The notes: generated by a model from the sequence alone, not told the origin. Positions 25,855-39,526 are shown, counted from the first letter of the stretch. The stretch is 64,000 nucleotides of DNA from Octopus vulgaris (GCA_951406725.2 OX597828.1:64728001-64792000), one strand, 5' to 3'. Translations and numbers: made by a program.

Positions 25855-26915
25855 ATGGAGTGATTGCAGAAAGGTGATCAAAGAAGCATAATTGAAGTGC
25901 GGCAAACCAACATTTATTAGTTTAAATCTAGATGATTTTGTGTTTGTGTACAAATTAAGTGCTCGATCTGAAATGATGGAAATAAAAGTCGACCAAGGCG
26001 GAAATGATATAAATATTGAAACCATTTTAGTAAAAGGTTTTTTGAAATAGCTGCAACAGTGCTTTCAACCAGAATGTTGGCGTCTTTAGTCCAGAGGGAA
26101 GAAAGTAGTTAAATAGCATTGAAAATTATATTGGTTTATCAATAGTGTGAAAAATATTAATTCAGTTTATAAATATCTTTAAAGTTGGTCAAGAATAGAT
26201 AATAATGAAACGGCATTGAATAATTTACGTTAAGAAAGATATGATATTGTATTGGATAATGAGTATATTATTTAATTATATTATAGAAATATAGTAATGT
26301 TATATAATTATAATATTGAAGAAAATTATATCATTGTAATAGAGTATGCCGATACTAATTTAGGCAATTAATCTAAGACGTTATAGGAAACATATTGATT
26401 AGAAAGCATTGATAGGAGAAATCTGATTTTGTGAAAAGCCAATATTGGTTAAAATTAACTTTAAAATTAATTAGTGCAACTGCCAAAATGAGGTTATTAA
26501 GGAAATAAACAAAAGTATAATGAAACAGTAAAAATTTATTAATGACTGTATAAAATATATTATGCAAAGATGGAGTAGACAAGAAGGACTAGAGAATTTA
26601 AACAAAATAAATTCAGTTAAACGTTATTGAACGTTCTGTAATGAAGTTCTACAGAGAGTATGGAGTTTTAAAATATGGGTTGAGAATGAATTAATTCGAT
26701 GATATAATCTAATTTAATGTATGAGAATATTTGTTTAGAAATTATTGGTTAAAGATTGATTACGAAAGGCAGAGCAAATATTGATTAAGAAATTTAAATA
26801 CAATTATAATAATGGAGTGATTGCAGAGAGGTGATTAAGGAAGTATAATTGAAGTGTGGTAAACCAACACTTAGTTTAAATCTAGATGGTTGTGTGTTTG
26901 TATACAAATTAAGTG
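25855..26915 (+). repeat. About 105-bp direct repeats (25855-25961, 26812-26915) around an AT-rich spacer
   Basis: atggagtgattgcaga.aggtgat.aa.gaag.ataattgaagtg.gg.aaaccaaca..ttagtttaaatctagatg..tacaaattaagtg at both sites. Confidence 0.85.
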
Positions 26916-27507
26916 TATGTGATTGTTCGTGCGAGTGTGCGCCCGCACGATCGGAGTTTCTGGTATTGTATATCGCTAAGTCAAAGAATATTGAGTTCTT
27001 AATACACTGTATACAAAATCTGCAAAGCTGAAATAGTATCGCTGCTAATATAGCATACAGTATGATGAAGTATGTTATTACTTTGGAATAATCATGTTCT
27101 TGTTCTGTGAGCAATTCGCTAATATTTTAAACTACTATGTACGTCTAGAAATTCGTAGAATACGACATAGCGTGTACATTATTGAATAAAAAAGAGGCAG
27201 TAACGATAAATAAGGCTAAAATGTATTTTAACAGTGTTGATAAATTTCTGGTCAAATGTTAGTGGGATATGAAGGTACTCACGAGAAATACTCTGGAGAA
27301 CTATATCTAGAGAACATTTTAGAGAACAACTGAAATTTAACATATAGAACAAGGGGTATTAATAAATCTATATTCACTAAAGATTTGAGATGATACAAAT
27401 AACTGGTATTTTCAAACCAATATAATTGTATCTTGCTCAATCAGATGATTAATTATTTGTGAACAATATTCGTGAATTAATTTCAGTTAATTAAAGAAAC
27501 GGAGTCA

Positions 27508-27543
<36 letters not shown>

Positions 27544-28663
27544 ACCTATAATTTTAGATCACCTAATACTGTCTAGTATATTTAAATAATCCAGTAGAAG
27601 ATCAGCTTTAGGATGTTAACTATATTTAGTTACTCGGAAAACCGTAGAAAGTTTATTCGAATGAAAACAAAAAAGTTGTTATTAATTTAATAAGAAAAAA
27701 ATTAGATTTTAAAGAGATTTAGATTATTAAATGAAGAGTTAAGAATTGAGAAATGGAATCTACAAATAGAATCAAGCTAAATTACTCTATTAAAGAAATT
27801 ATGTAAAATATTGTTCCATAAAAGCAACTGATCACATTATCAATCTGATATTTCAGCAACCAGCAGGCACTTATTGAATAAAATCAACAAAACAGTCGAG
27901 AGAATTCTAAATTCTTAAATATTTCCTGCAATAACTTGCAAGTCGATATAAAAAAAAGAAAGAAAATTTAACTACAAAATACATGTAATAATATGAATAT
28001 CTTTTCAAGGACTAAAATCACTGAGCTAAGTGCATCACTCACTAATGCACCGTAGACACCAGTACACCACAAAGGAACATATTAAACTTAGCTCTAAACT
28101 AATCTATTTCATATTTGATTCTCACAGCAACACCTTTAAAATATTTTTTAAAAAAGTAAAATAAAAGTCGCTGACCAGCCACACCCGAGAAGTTTATTAT
28201 AAAACAGAACCTTGTGTTCTAATCTGGAAAATATCCAAATCCAACTCCAGACTCTTTAAAAAATAGCAATTTAATAAATAGGAAGGTAAAATTTTAATGA
28301 TGTGATCTAAAGGCCAATATAGGACAACTACTCAACAATAATCTGATGCATGTGCATTCCGCCATTTTCCATGGGCAATACCCAGTGATGGTCTTCCTCG
28401 GTGACGAGTGAATAGTCATAATCGTCAACATGTATGCATGTATATATAAGGAGCGTATATTTGTTAATGCGCATCGCTGTATTTGTACATGTATATACAT
28501 TTGTGTAGGGTACATGTATTTGTGTGTGTGTATGTGAATCTGTGTGTGTATGTGTACATTTGTGTACGAAGTACATATATATATGTGTGTGTATGTGTCT
28601 GTCTATTTGTGTGTCTGTATTTGCGTAAGTGCACGGGTGTACGTGTGTGTGTGTGTGTGTGCC

Positions 28664-28719
<56 letters not shown>

Positions 28720-29082
28720 TGCGTGTGTGTGTGTGCAAGATAGGAAATGTGTGATAGTGCTTATCACTAATTCAAATAATATTGAATTCACACCTAATAC
28801 AACGGATACGAAATCCACAAAGCTGAAGACCTGTCGACGATAATATATCACACACTATCGTAAGATATTTTGTCACATTGGTATAACCATGCTCTATAAA
28901 CAATACACCACTCTTTCAAACTATTCTGTATGTCTACAATTTCTTACAATTTTTACCATTTCCAACGAATGCAATATCTTTTATTCCTTTCATTATGTTT
29001 AAATCCCGTTCAATGCTTTATGAGAAAACCAGAATTATTATTCTTGAATTAGAGCAGTGTATCAAAAGTATAGCGTGAAGCC

Positions 29083-29400
29083 AAGGCGACGAGCTGGCAG
29101 AAACGTTAGCACGCCGGGCGAAATGCTTAGCGATATTTCGTCTGTATTTACGTTCTGAGTTCGAATTCCGCCAAAGTCGACTTTGCTCTCATCTGTTTTG
29201 GGGGTCGAAAAATTAAGTACCAGTTACGTACTGGGGTCGATTTAATCGACTGGGCCTCTCTCCAAAAATTTCGGGCCTTGTACCTAGAGTAGAAAAGAAT
29301 ATTTATAAAGAAGCCAAGGCAGCGAATTGGCAGAAATGCCAGCCACGCCAGGCGAAATGCTTAGTGATATTTCGTCTGGCTTTGTGCTTAGAGTAGAAAA
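29083..29400 (+). mobile_element. SINE family D, full copy followed by an internally deleted tandem copy
   Basis: aaggcg.cgagctggcagaaacgttagcacgccgggcgaaatgcttag at 29083 and about 29316; both end in tagagtagaaaa. Confidence 0.85.
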
Positions 29401-30084
29401 TAAAATTTATATACAAGCCGTTTCACTCTGAACTTAAAATCAGTTGAGCTTCTCTTGTGTGTGATCTATTTTGAGCCAATCAAATATGAAATAGGCATAA
29501 ACGGATATTATATCTCAACTGAGTAATTTGTGGCGTATTTTTACGGAAAAAATCCCGCTACATAATGGTTACATCAAGTATCCCCAAACCATGGTCATAA
29601 TATTCAGATAGAAATTACATCTTTGGAATTGTGATCAAGCTTGATTTGATGTCAATGGCGAGGAGCAACTTGTTATGCAAACTGAAGAAGAATACTTTGG
29701 AGAACAAAGAAAATGTTGGCAATGCAAGGCTTCAGTGGTGCACTTAAAGAAAATATACTGAGCTAATGAAAGCCTTCATGCAAAAATGTTGGAACATCTT
29801 AAACTATTATTGACTCTCGCACTCTGATTCTCCGTTTTGTGGAGAGGGCCTTTCCTATATTTCTATTTTCGAACAGAATGCAACTGTACATCTAGAACTA
29901 AAGGAGAAATAACATATCTTCATCCAGAGATTTGCAGGTCACAATTTTAGTGAACGACAGACCATTAAACACAAAATGACGTAAGGCTATTTAAAGCAGC
30001 CAAAAAGAAACATGGATATAATGCAGGGACTGAAATGCAAACCGATCCAGTGATCCTGAAGAAATTCGAAGGCAATGTCTAAAG

Positions 30085-30293
30085 CAGCCATTCTCAACCA
30101 CGACTCCAAGGGCTGCATACGGCCGTCACGCTTATTTCTGACGGACGCCGGCAGCCCCCACCGGTCTTCCTGTTACAAATATGATCTTGTTTTATTTAAT
30201 TGACTTGTGCCTTATAACTCTTTTTATGCAGCCCCCTTAAAAAAATTCGGGTTTTGGGTCTGACGATAATATTAAAAGGGCTGAGAACTACCA
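30085..30293. mobile_element. hAT (Charlie-like) MITE with 8-bp target-site duplication (TSD)
   Basis: TSD gtctaaag at 30077-30084 and 30294-30301; degenerate TIRs cagccattctcaacc and ggctgagaactacca. Confidence 0.7.
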
Positions 30294-30777
30294 GTCTAAA
30301 GAGTGCTTTAATATTACACCTATACGTGACGTGAATCGCAAAGCTGATCCATCAAAATGTCGGCAATAACTACATTATCAGAAAATTAAATCAACAATCA
30401 TTAAAGAATTGCGAAGCTGCCAATTCTAAGAGATTTATTTTCCTGTGGGAATAATATAGTACAACGGAGCTTCTAAATTACATTTTTCCAATCATAACAT
30501 AATTATTTAAACCTGAATCAGTGAGCTTCTGTTATAGTTCACGATATCTAAGGAGCATTAGCCAGAATCTGCATTAAATGAACCTGTACCAAAATTAAGG
30601 TGGCGTATAGTTACCTTAACCTTCGGTCCAGTAAAGACCTCATTTCATATGAAGTTTCAGATTTAAAGCTACTCAAAGCCTCTGCTAGAACAAAAAAAAA
30701 AAACTTCAATACGTTGCTCGCCTTTTGTGAATATTTATGGACGAGTTATAACTCAGACCAACGAAACAGCATCAGTA

Positions 30778-31105
30778 GGAGGTGCAATGGCCCAATGGTT
30801 AGGGCAGCGGACTCGCGGTTGAAGGATCGCGGTTTTGATTGTGTGTGTTTATTGAGCGAAAACACCTAAAGCTCCACGAGGCTCCGGCAGGGGGTGGTGG
30901 CGACCCCTGTTGTACTCTTTCGCTCCAACTTTCTCTCACTCTTTCTTTTTGTTTCTTATCCCCGACTTCCTACGCAACCGCTGAGACTGGATGCGCAATC
31001 ATCCATCCGTCGATGGTCTCGTTGTCGGGGGTTGACCAGCTTTCTCTTGCGCGGGTCTTACGAATAGCAAAGGACCACGTCTCGGACTTTTCTACAGTAG
31101 CAGCA
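30778..31105 (+). mobile_element. SINE family B head (to about 30955) fused to an unrelated GC-richer segment
   Basis: Matches 61690-61885, then diverges abruptly. Confidence 0.7.
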
Positions 31106-31359
31106 TCAGTAAGACGGAGCACATACAATTGGCATTGGCACAACCATGTTAACCACGGATCTTGGAAGGAGATATCTTGTATATTAAAGTAATGCCAGGT
31201 AATATTCTTACCAAAGGAGAGAAACCCATTAGATTTTCTACTCAGCTATGGAAATTGCATGGTTCATAACAGGTTTATATTCCTGATGCAAGATGTACAA
31301 TAACCTTGAATGAGCAGAACATAACAGTATCCAACATATCTCCATATAGATTTATGGCA

Positions 31360-31507
31360 CTACGTTCTGAGCACAAATTCCACTTAGGTAGAATTTGCCT
31401 TCCATCATTTTGGGGTCGCAAAAATAAGTACCAATTGAACACTGGGGTTGATGTAATCGACATACCGAATTCTCCAAAATTGCTGGCCTTGTACCAAAAT
31501 TTGAAAT
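31360..31507 (+). mobile_element. Diverged SINE family D
   Basis: tacgttctgag..gccttccatc..ggggtcg..aagtacca..actggggttgatgtaatcgac. Confidence 0.7.
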
Positions 31508-32934
31508 CTATATAAATGTGTGGTATGCAAACGTGCAGGACAAACTTTATATTGCAGAGACATTAATTAAAAAACTCAGAAGGTTGATATATTATCACAT
31601 GCTTCTTCATATCTTGTAGGGAGGATTTGGATAGCATAATTAGAAAAGTTAACTTTGTTGGAAAAAAATAACGCTAGCGCTTTGTATCATCCATATTGAT
31701 GTAAAACGAACTGTAAAATATTGTGTTAAAAATATTTCATCGCGCAGGAAAAGTTTCTGCGACAGTAAATCTATAACTTCTAAACATTCGAAGCTTATCG
31801 AAACTCGGATCCAAGATGTTCCCACAAAGTAAACGTAATTATATGTTGATTTTATAGTCCACAGCTACATGTCTCCTATAAGTATTTGATGCCAAAACAA
31901 ACACAGTAAATATACTCCCTCACAGCCCTGCTACCTATATATGGTTATCTGCAGGCTAACATAATTTTTGTAGCGGGGTATATAGAATGTTTAATCGATT
32001 TTAATTCAATTTGTAATGATAAGAGAAGTCATTAGCGTTAATGACAATTATTTTATCAAAGAAACCAAGGAAGAGAACTTCGAAATTCAAATTGTTTAAA
32101 TATTGAATAGACTGAAGTAAGGGACAGCGAGATATTTTTGGTAACTAATGTGGGGCTCTTGACATATTTTGGCCTTAGCAGACTTCCTCCGCAAAGCACA
32201 ATCAAACACACACTTGCTAGAGAGTTTGACAAATTATTGCCTCCGAAAACTTTTCATTAAATAAATGATTAAAAATATTCAGATAAGAAAATTATTCAAG
32301 GTCTTCGAAGAAAATTCATTAACTCAGTTTTGTAATTATAGCAATTTGAAAAATACCAATGTTTCAGTAAGATAAATACACACTTTGTTACTCATAGTTT
32401 TGTTTATACTGTGAAAGCTCTCGATGCACCCGTCTATTTATCCAACCGACTAACAAAAGAGTATTGTTCACGAATCTACATAATAAAGAAAACAATAGTT
32501 AAATATTTAATTAAAAATATTATTAGCATTTTTCTCATTAATTGTCTGGAGACTGGAAAGCAATATGATGACTCGTGATAATTTGAAATAGTATTTAAAA
32601 TATTTTGTAGGTATTTCTTTAATATCATTTTCAAATTAATCACCTTATACTTTTTAATGGGAATAAATACGTGTTCTCAACCTAGGTATTTATTTTGTTT
32701 GTATATATATATATATATATATATTTGTTAAATCGTTTATATGTGAAATATATACTAAGATTCTGCTGTTTCATATAAATGTTTTCATATTTCTTCATTG
32801 TATAGGAGTTTATATTGCAGCATCAGTTGGGTGTAAAGTTTCACTATCTTTAAATATTCTAACATGTCAATATATATGCATATATACATATGTGTGTGTG
32901 TACGTACATATATATATGTATACATACATACGCA

Positions 32935-32989
<55 letters not shown>

Positions 32990-32990
<1 letters not shown>

Positions 32991-33265
32991 ATAGAAATAT
33001 TAAAATTACTAAGTCTCCCTAAAGGAGATTACGGCAGCGTTAATGGATATTAATAGTTATCGCCATACTAATATAGCAGTCCATAAATATAAGACTAAAG
33101 CTGTCGCTGATTAGCTCCAAGAGGCCATCGCCTCTAGCTAGCTATATGACACACGAACCTGCGTCCATTACAACCTTCCAACAGGGGAGGTCAGCCGCTT
33201 CACCTTGCTGGTCAGACATCTGCAGACATGCTTCAGGGTTGTTGCCCTTTATCAATGCAGCGTAT
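32990..33265 (-). repeat. Non-coding repeat (same family as 5907-6214) carrying a hammerhead-like motif
   Basis: Shared segments taatagttatcgccatactaata, ttagctcca.gaggccatcgcct and gggaggtcag.cgct. Confidence 0.8.
33220..33260 (-). ncRNA. Variant minimal hammerhead (U3:A8, G15.1)
   Basis: Reverse complement: CTGCA-TTGATAA-AGGG(CAACAA)CCCT-GAAG-CATG-TC-TGCAG. Confidence 0.55.
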
Positions 33266-33568
33266 TATTGAGGGAATAAAATCCAAAATTTACAAGGTAA
33301 AAAATTCAGTTTAGAAATACTAAATCAAATTTCACACAATATAATGTATATATAAAAAATTAGAAAAAAACCCACCTTAAATTACACCATCTAGAAAATA
33401 ACAATAAAATGTCTACAAATTATATACGTTATTATTATTATTTTTTTCCAATTTACTTAATCATTGACATTTTATTGTTATTTTAATTTTAATATTTCTA
33501 TTATATGTAATTTTCTAGATGGTGTAATTTAATTGTTCATTTTGAATTGATAAAAGGTGTTTTTTTTC

Positions 33569-33629
<61 letters not shown>

Positions 33630-33630
<1 letters not shown>

Positions 33631-33696
33631 TAGCAGAGATACCCGGCGTTGCACGGGATTAAAATAGCATAGCTTATACCTATCTATTTATCTTTC

Positions 33697-33745
<49 letters not shown>

Positions 33746-34345
33746 CAGTCATGTTGAAACAGGTGATACGGGAAAATGCAGCACTGGTCACAAAACATTT
33801 TAAGAGTAAATGATAGGCTAATTAAACTAAGGGACTTGTCATTCGTCCGTTTGGAGTATTCCAGGCCCTAACCTGTCATGTAAAAATTGGGTCGGTGGCA
33901 TGTAATCTTTGAACGCACCGAAAAGCTGTTAGTGGATATACCCTCCTTTGTGGCAGTCGGTACTGCGTCTAACAGGACCCATTGTCTGAAATTTTGACAC
34001 GTCTTTGCCGTAAACATGGAAAGATTCAGATGCGTAACGTTGTTCACATTAGGATATAATTACAATTAAAAGTGAAACAATATTACAGTTTTATCACATT
34101 AAAACTAAAAGTGAAAGAATGAAAATGAAAAAATATTATATCACATTACAATGTAGATGTTATTCATTCACTTTTTACGTGTAATACCGAACCAGTGCCA
34201 GTGTTGTATTGTTTTAATCCAAATGAAAAAGAATACGTTGACACTCATGAGATCTGATACTATTACCATGTAAAATTTAATTTGATTTGGTTGAGTCGTT
34301 TGAGAATGCATTGGAGACAAACAGACAAAGAATCTTATATATAGA
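33630..34345 (-). mobile_element. Non-autonomous Helitron
   Basis: The minus strand starts a^TCTATATATAAG..tgtctgtttgtc and ends with the subterminal hairpin cccgtgcaacgccggg followed by CTAG; no TSD. Confidence 0.75.
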
Positions 34346-34347
34346 TT

Positions 34348-34920
34348 ATGAATGTAGGCGGAAGGCCATTAGAATTGATTGAGGATTTCCTGTATCTAGG
34401 AGCAAAGATTTGGAACACAGAGGGTGATTTAGTTGAGAAGAGCAAAGGCTTAGCGGCATGCCACAGTTTGAAATCTGTATGGAGGTCGGACCTTCGTAAA
34501 GACCTAAAGGTCTGTTTCTTCTTTGCCTCAGTAGAGTCTGTGCTGTTGTACGGGTCTGAGACATGGACACTGACCAAGAAACTCACTCAGATGCTGGATG
34601 GCTGCTACACGAGAATACTGAGGATGACTCTGGACGTTAATCAACATACACTGAGGACGAAGAACTCGGAGCTCTACGAGAACCTCCCAAAAGTTAACCC
34701 GAAAATAACACAGAGGAGTATGAGGTTAGGTAGACATACTCACCGTCATCCATATTTGATACTAGACTCAGTGCTCCTGTGGGAGCCCCTACATGGACAC
34801 ACCAGAAGAAGAAGACCAAGGATGACCTATGTTGATGCCCTAAGGACAGACATTGGTCTTTGTGAGAACAGGACAAGGCAGTGATGATGAGGGACAAAGA
34901 CCGGTGGACAGTACTCGCCC
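34348..34920 (+). pseudogene. RTE-clade LINE ORF C-terminal fragment (178-aa open frame)
   Basis: EDFLYLGA, VESVLLYGSETWTL, LDGCYTRILR, LLWEPLHG..RRPRMTYVD. Confidence 0.9.
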
Positions 34921-37224
34921 ATGGATCTCGAAAATTTTACCCACCCTTTGCAGATAGATAGATGTGCGCGTGTGTGTGTGCATGTCTACAAATAAATATA
35001 ATACATATATGAATACACGCACACACAGACACAGACACACAGACACGCACACACACACACATATACATGTACATATATAAGTTTTATATGAAGGTTTATT
35101 ACTTCGTTGTTTATAGTTTTATACGTTTATTGCCAAACATGATAAAATTGCATTGCCATGAATTACTCAATGTAGAATTATTGTTATAACACCGCACTTG
35201 GAAAGGACCTAAATATTCAGCAATATAAATTACGCATGATATATTTTGCCTCCCTACATAAACATTTATTTTATATTAAATACTTTTTCTTGTTATTTGC
35301 GTTAGAAGCAATTTGTATGTACGTCTCCTTATATTATTAATAGTCATTCATATTTGACGTTATTGAAGTAATGCTTTTGTTTTACATAAGCAAATACGTA
35401 AACATGAGGACTTTGAAGAGAACCATGACGTAAGAACTGAAAGTAGACGTGTATTAATGACAGAGAACATCACATAAAACAGTCCAGTGTGGGTTGTTTA
35501 AACGTATAGGAGTTGTGATGACTCTTTATTAATTGAACAAATTGTATTTTGAAAATAAATCTGTCTTTATATTGCATTATTCTAGGTCGATTGAGCATCC
35601 TGGGATATTAATCTATTTATCAGTTAGAAAATGAATGATGCAGAGTTTGTGATTAATTGCGTAGTAAACTTGTTACATCAGCAAACTACGCACCTACGTA
35701 CTGATTATCAACTGTTCGGTTGGCTTAAGAATAAATACGCCGTATCATTTATGTCAGAATATAATCTTTAAATTATAAATGATTTTATTGCGTAGTTTAG
35801 CTTGCATAATTATGCCGTAAATAGACTATTGTTTTTTGTTTTATTTTTTCTCGGAAACATCCCCGCAAACAGCTTAACCATTAAATAGTTTCGTTTATTG
35901 TTTTTGTCTGTATCGCGATTTCAATAGACCCTGAAGTTAAATAACGTTTTTCACAACAGAAGACAGCATGCCTAGACTAAGATTCTTTGCTTTTTGTTAA
36001 CTTGTAACGTGTCTACTTTTAATTGTTTGAGGAAAAGCGAAGATATGAATCCTACGAATGTTGCTAGTGTTATTTTATATAAGTTGTTGTATTCCTTTTT
36101 AAGCCCTCTTCAGGTGATATTTTCATTAAATAGCAATCATTTTTATTGTTTTGACGACTGAAAAATCGATCGTTTCAGATTTTGCAAATAGGCATAGATC
36201 AGATAGGGCTATAAAAAAATGTTTGGACCATGGCAGTGAATAAATAGGAACACATATGCCGTAACAACAGCACTACATCAGATCAAATAGTTGGAATAAA
36301 GCAATTTATTTTACAGTGCTAATCAACAAAACGGTATATCAGAGATGCAAGGGCTTATAGAGACCGCATTGAGAGGGAAGCTGGATTATAAGAACTCGTT
36401 TCATTTCGTTGTCTACTCCTCAATGCTCGAGGCTTCTGCACATGCTAAGTTTGAAGACGAAACAACAAATAACCTAGATTCTTCAGATAGATGGTCTTTT
36501 TGTCCCTCCACCTACCCCCTGTTAATGATATTTAAATACGCAGTAAACACTTTAATAATTTCTGTTTCGCAAGTCAGAAGAATACATCATTGGTTGACAC
36601 AAGACAGGAACATCAGCGAAAGCATTGCTCAATGGTGAATTATTTGCAGCTGAATTCCAAAACCTGTGAGCGATATGAATAAGAGCTATGACCCAGTTAC
36701 GCTTCAGCGAATATAGGGATAAAGACTTGGCAAGAAAATGTTCGTCAAAGATTAAAAACCTATATATCATTAAGTCAACACGACGTCAACAGGTCAAAAT
36801 ATAGAAATACGCGCGCAAAACACGCAAGGAAAAACACATTAATTTTTACAAATATAAACTGTGTGTTTCAGTACAAGTTTATGTACTTTATTTTCATGAG
36901 TAGTATAATCTCATCAGCGTTATCTTTGTATTAGTGTAGAAGAGAATATTAGTTTGTGAATACATATGCACTTTTTGCGGATATGATGTTCCATAATGTA
37001 TGAGCGAAACTGTGAAATGAAACTGTTGTTTTACGCAAAATGAAAGTGATTCTTCGATCAATCAATCTTCTCAAAGAACTGAAATATGACAAAAGTAAAA
37101 TCAACAAATATGAACATTGCGCTAACAACCTAACTTAATATTTTATGTTCTGTTCCATTCATAGAGGTGTGATCTAGCAGTGGAAGCAACAGGTTAGCAC
37201 GGTTATTTTACAATAGTTATTTAG

Positions 37225-37546
37225 ACACACATAGACGCACATAGAGGTATAACTAAACATAGACACACATAGAGGTATACGCATGCGCAAATGAAGACAC
37301 ATACAATAGGAATACAAAATACAAAATGGATGACCGTTAGTTAGGAGAGAGACACACAAATAAGAAAGAAGAAAGCAAAGGACCACTGGTGATGTTACAA
37401 AAGTGTGACGAAAGAACTCTGGCCGAAATAAGATTAAGATTAATGTAAAAAATAAATAGCGTTGAAGCAAAGTAACACCAAATATATAGTGCGTGTGTTT
37501 CTATTGGCTAAACTGGCAAAATGACCATTCCTAAATGCAACAATAT
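37225..37546 (+). repeat. Second copy of the pLTR-like repeat at 648-927; hammerhead-like motif at 37380-37424
   Basis: GGACCA-CTGGTGA-T-GTTACA(AAAG)TGTGAC-GAAA-GAAC-TC-TGGCC. Confidence 0.75.
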
Positions 37547-37569
37547 TTAGATATTCTTTTATTCATTTA

Positions 37570-37776
37570 TTTCATTACTTGTTTCAATCATTTCATTGCG
37601 GCTATGCTGGAGCACCGCCCTACAGTATTTTAGCCGAACGAATCGACAACAGTAGTTATTTTAAAGCCTGATATTTATTTTATCAGTATCTTTTGCCGAT
37701 CTGTTAAGTTATGGAGACGTAATCACACCAAGAATCGTTGTCAATCGGTGGAGAAGGAGACAAACAGACTAAAAGA

Positions 37777-37872
<96 letters not shown>

Positions 37873-38197
37873 GTATTAGTAATAGAGATTCAAAGTATTT
37901 CCCATGAATCTCCCCGCTTCAATCTGTACCCTTCTATGTATGGGATTTCACAAGCATATGCTTTTATGTATATATGTTTTATGTTGTATATTTTATCATT
38001 TATCTGTTTCAGCCATGAGACTGCAGCCCTGCTAGGGCACCGCCTTGAATTTTTAGTCGAATGAATCGATGTAAACACCCCAACACTGGTTGTCAAGTGG
38101 TGATGGAGGCGCAAACACAGATACATATATATATATATATATATACATATATACATACATACACACATATATATATATATATAAGTATGTATGTATG

Positions 38198-38247
<50 letters not shown>

Positions 38248-38375
38248 CCACTCATAAGGCTTTGGTCGGCTCGAGGCTATAGTAGAAGACACTTGCCCAA
38301 GGTGCCACACAGTAAGATTGAACCCGGAACCACGTGGTTGGGAAGCAACCTTCGTACCACGCAGCCACCCCTGCA
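37570..38375 (-). mobile_element. Two SINE family A remnants (37570-37775; 37995-38375) separated by (TG)n
   Basis: atgctggagcaccgcc, aatccactcataaggctttggtcggc, gaagacacttgcccaaggtgcc. Confidence 0.85.
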
Positions 38376-38469
38376 CATATATTTTATACGCGTGTTAATA
38401 TCAATGTAACATCTGATATATAGCTAACAATATCACGATACTGGCGGAAGCGTATTGAATAAGCATTAT

Positions 38470-38675
38470 CTAATACACATCGCTTCTCTCATCTGTTCTC
38501 TCGTTAGCCACTACACACATTTTTTTCTCTCCTTGTTTTCTGTGTCCCTTTCTGTAGAAGAGCGTAGGCACGAAACGTAAAAGCCTTTTTGTATTCCTGA
38601 GCGTTATACAAATACATCTGTTTGTTTTGTACACCACCTGTCTTCGTCTTTTGTTTATTTCGTAAACTCTCCCTA
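38470..38675 (+). repeat. Solo pLTR-like segment with CUGUAGA-type hammerhead-like motif (38545-38586)
   Basis: ctttCTGTAGAAGAGCgtagGCACGAAACGTAaaag; related motif at 42813-42854, downstream of a PLE ORF. Confidence 0.55.
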
Positions 38676-39160
38676 TATATATATATATAAAAGAGAAAGA
38701 GAGAGAGAGAAAAGAGAAAGTTATTTTATTACACACGGGTAGAAATATAAGGAAAATAGAAGTTGAAAATGCACTGAGAATAGTTAAAATATTTTTATTA
38801 TATTTAAATATTTAACCGGTTTCAGAGTTAAACTGATTTTCAAATAGTTGAAATAGAAAGACATATCTTATGTCCACTAGCCCGGGAACAAAGTTTGCTT
38901 AGGTGATGCAAACCCACGTCCAAATATTTTACGAGAAATTGGAATTTTTCAATGATAACATTAAAATAAATGCAGTTATAATAATGTTTATTATTATAAA
39001 TACCCATAAGCTGAGCAAGACACTCTCATGTAATGTGACTAAATGAAGTTCATTTTTTAACATAGTTCCTCTTACTTTCCGGTCGATAAAATTCGCTACC
39101 TTTATATCTGTATATATTGTTAGACAGATAAGCATGCACTCTCTCTCTCTCTCTCACACA

Positions 39161-39192
<32 letters not shown>

Positions 39193-39526
39193 TCCATGTA
39201 AGTGCATACATTATATATGTAAATATTTGCTTCTGTAAATATGTGTGCGTGTTATTGCGTGCATGCGCGTGTGTGAAATTCATGCAAGAATTTCTCGTCT
39301 AGTCCAGAGATTTCCATATTTATTCATATTGCCATTATGACGTCACAATATCGGAGACGTTTTCTCCAAGGCCTTCGTTTCAAATAATATTCAGTCTCTT
39401 TCAACCTTTCGCGGTGATTAGGGGCTAGAGAATGTATGCACCGGAGGACGCATCCCGACACCTGAAGACTAGTGTGAAGTCAGAGTCATCTTCACCTTGT
39501 TTTTAGTGTTTGTAGGGATATTTTTA

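Noticed and set aside
29580-29900. Possible hAT transposase N-terminal relic
   Set aside because: Only a faint KYS..Y.FG echo; insufficient evidence.
34348-34884. 178-aa ORF as a host gene
   Set aside because: It is the C-terminus of an RTE ORF and lacks the catalytic core.
36880-36922. Hammerhead on the minus strand (CTGATGA..GAAA); similar weak hits near 18700, 46717, 53880 and 59850
   Set aside because: Stems I and III or the GAAA and cleavage site could not be formed convincingly.
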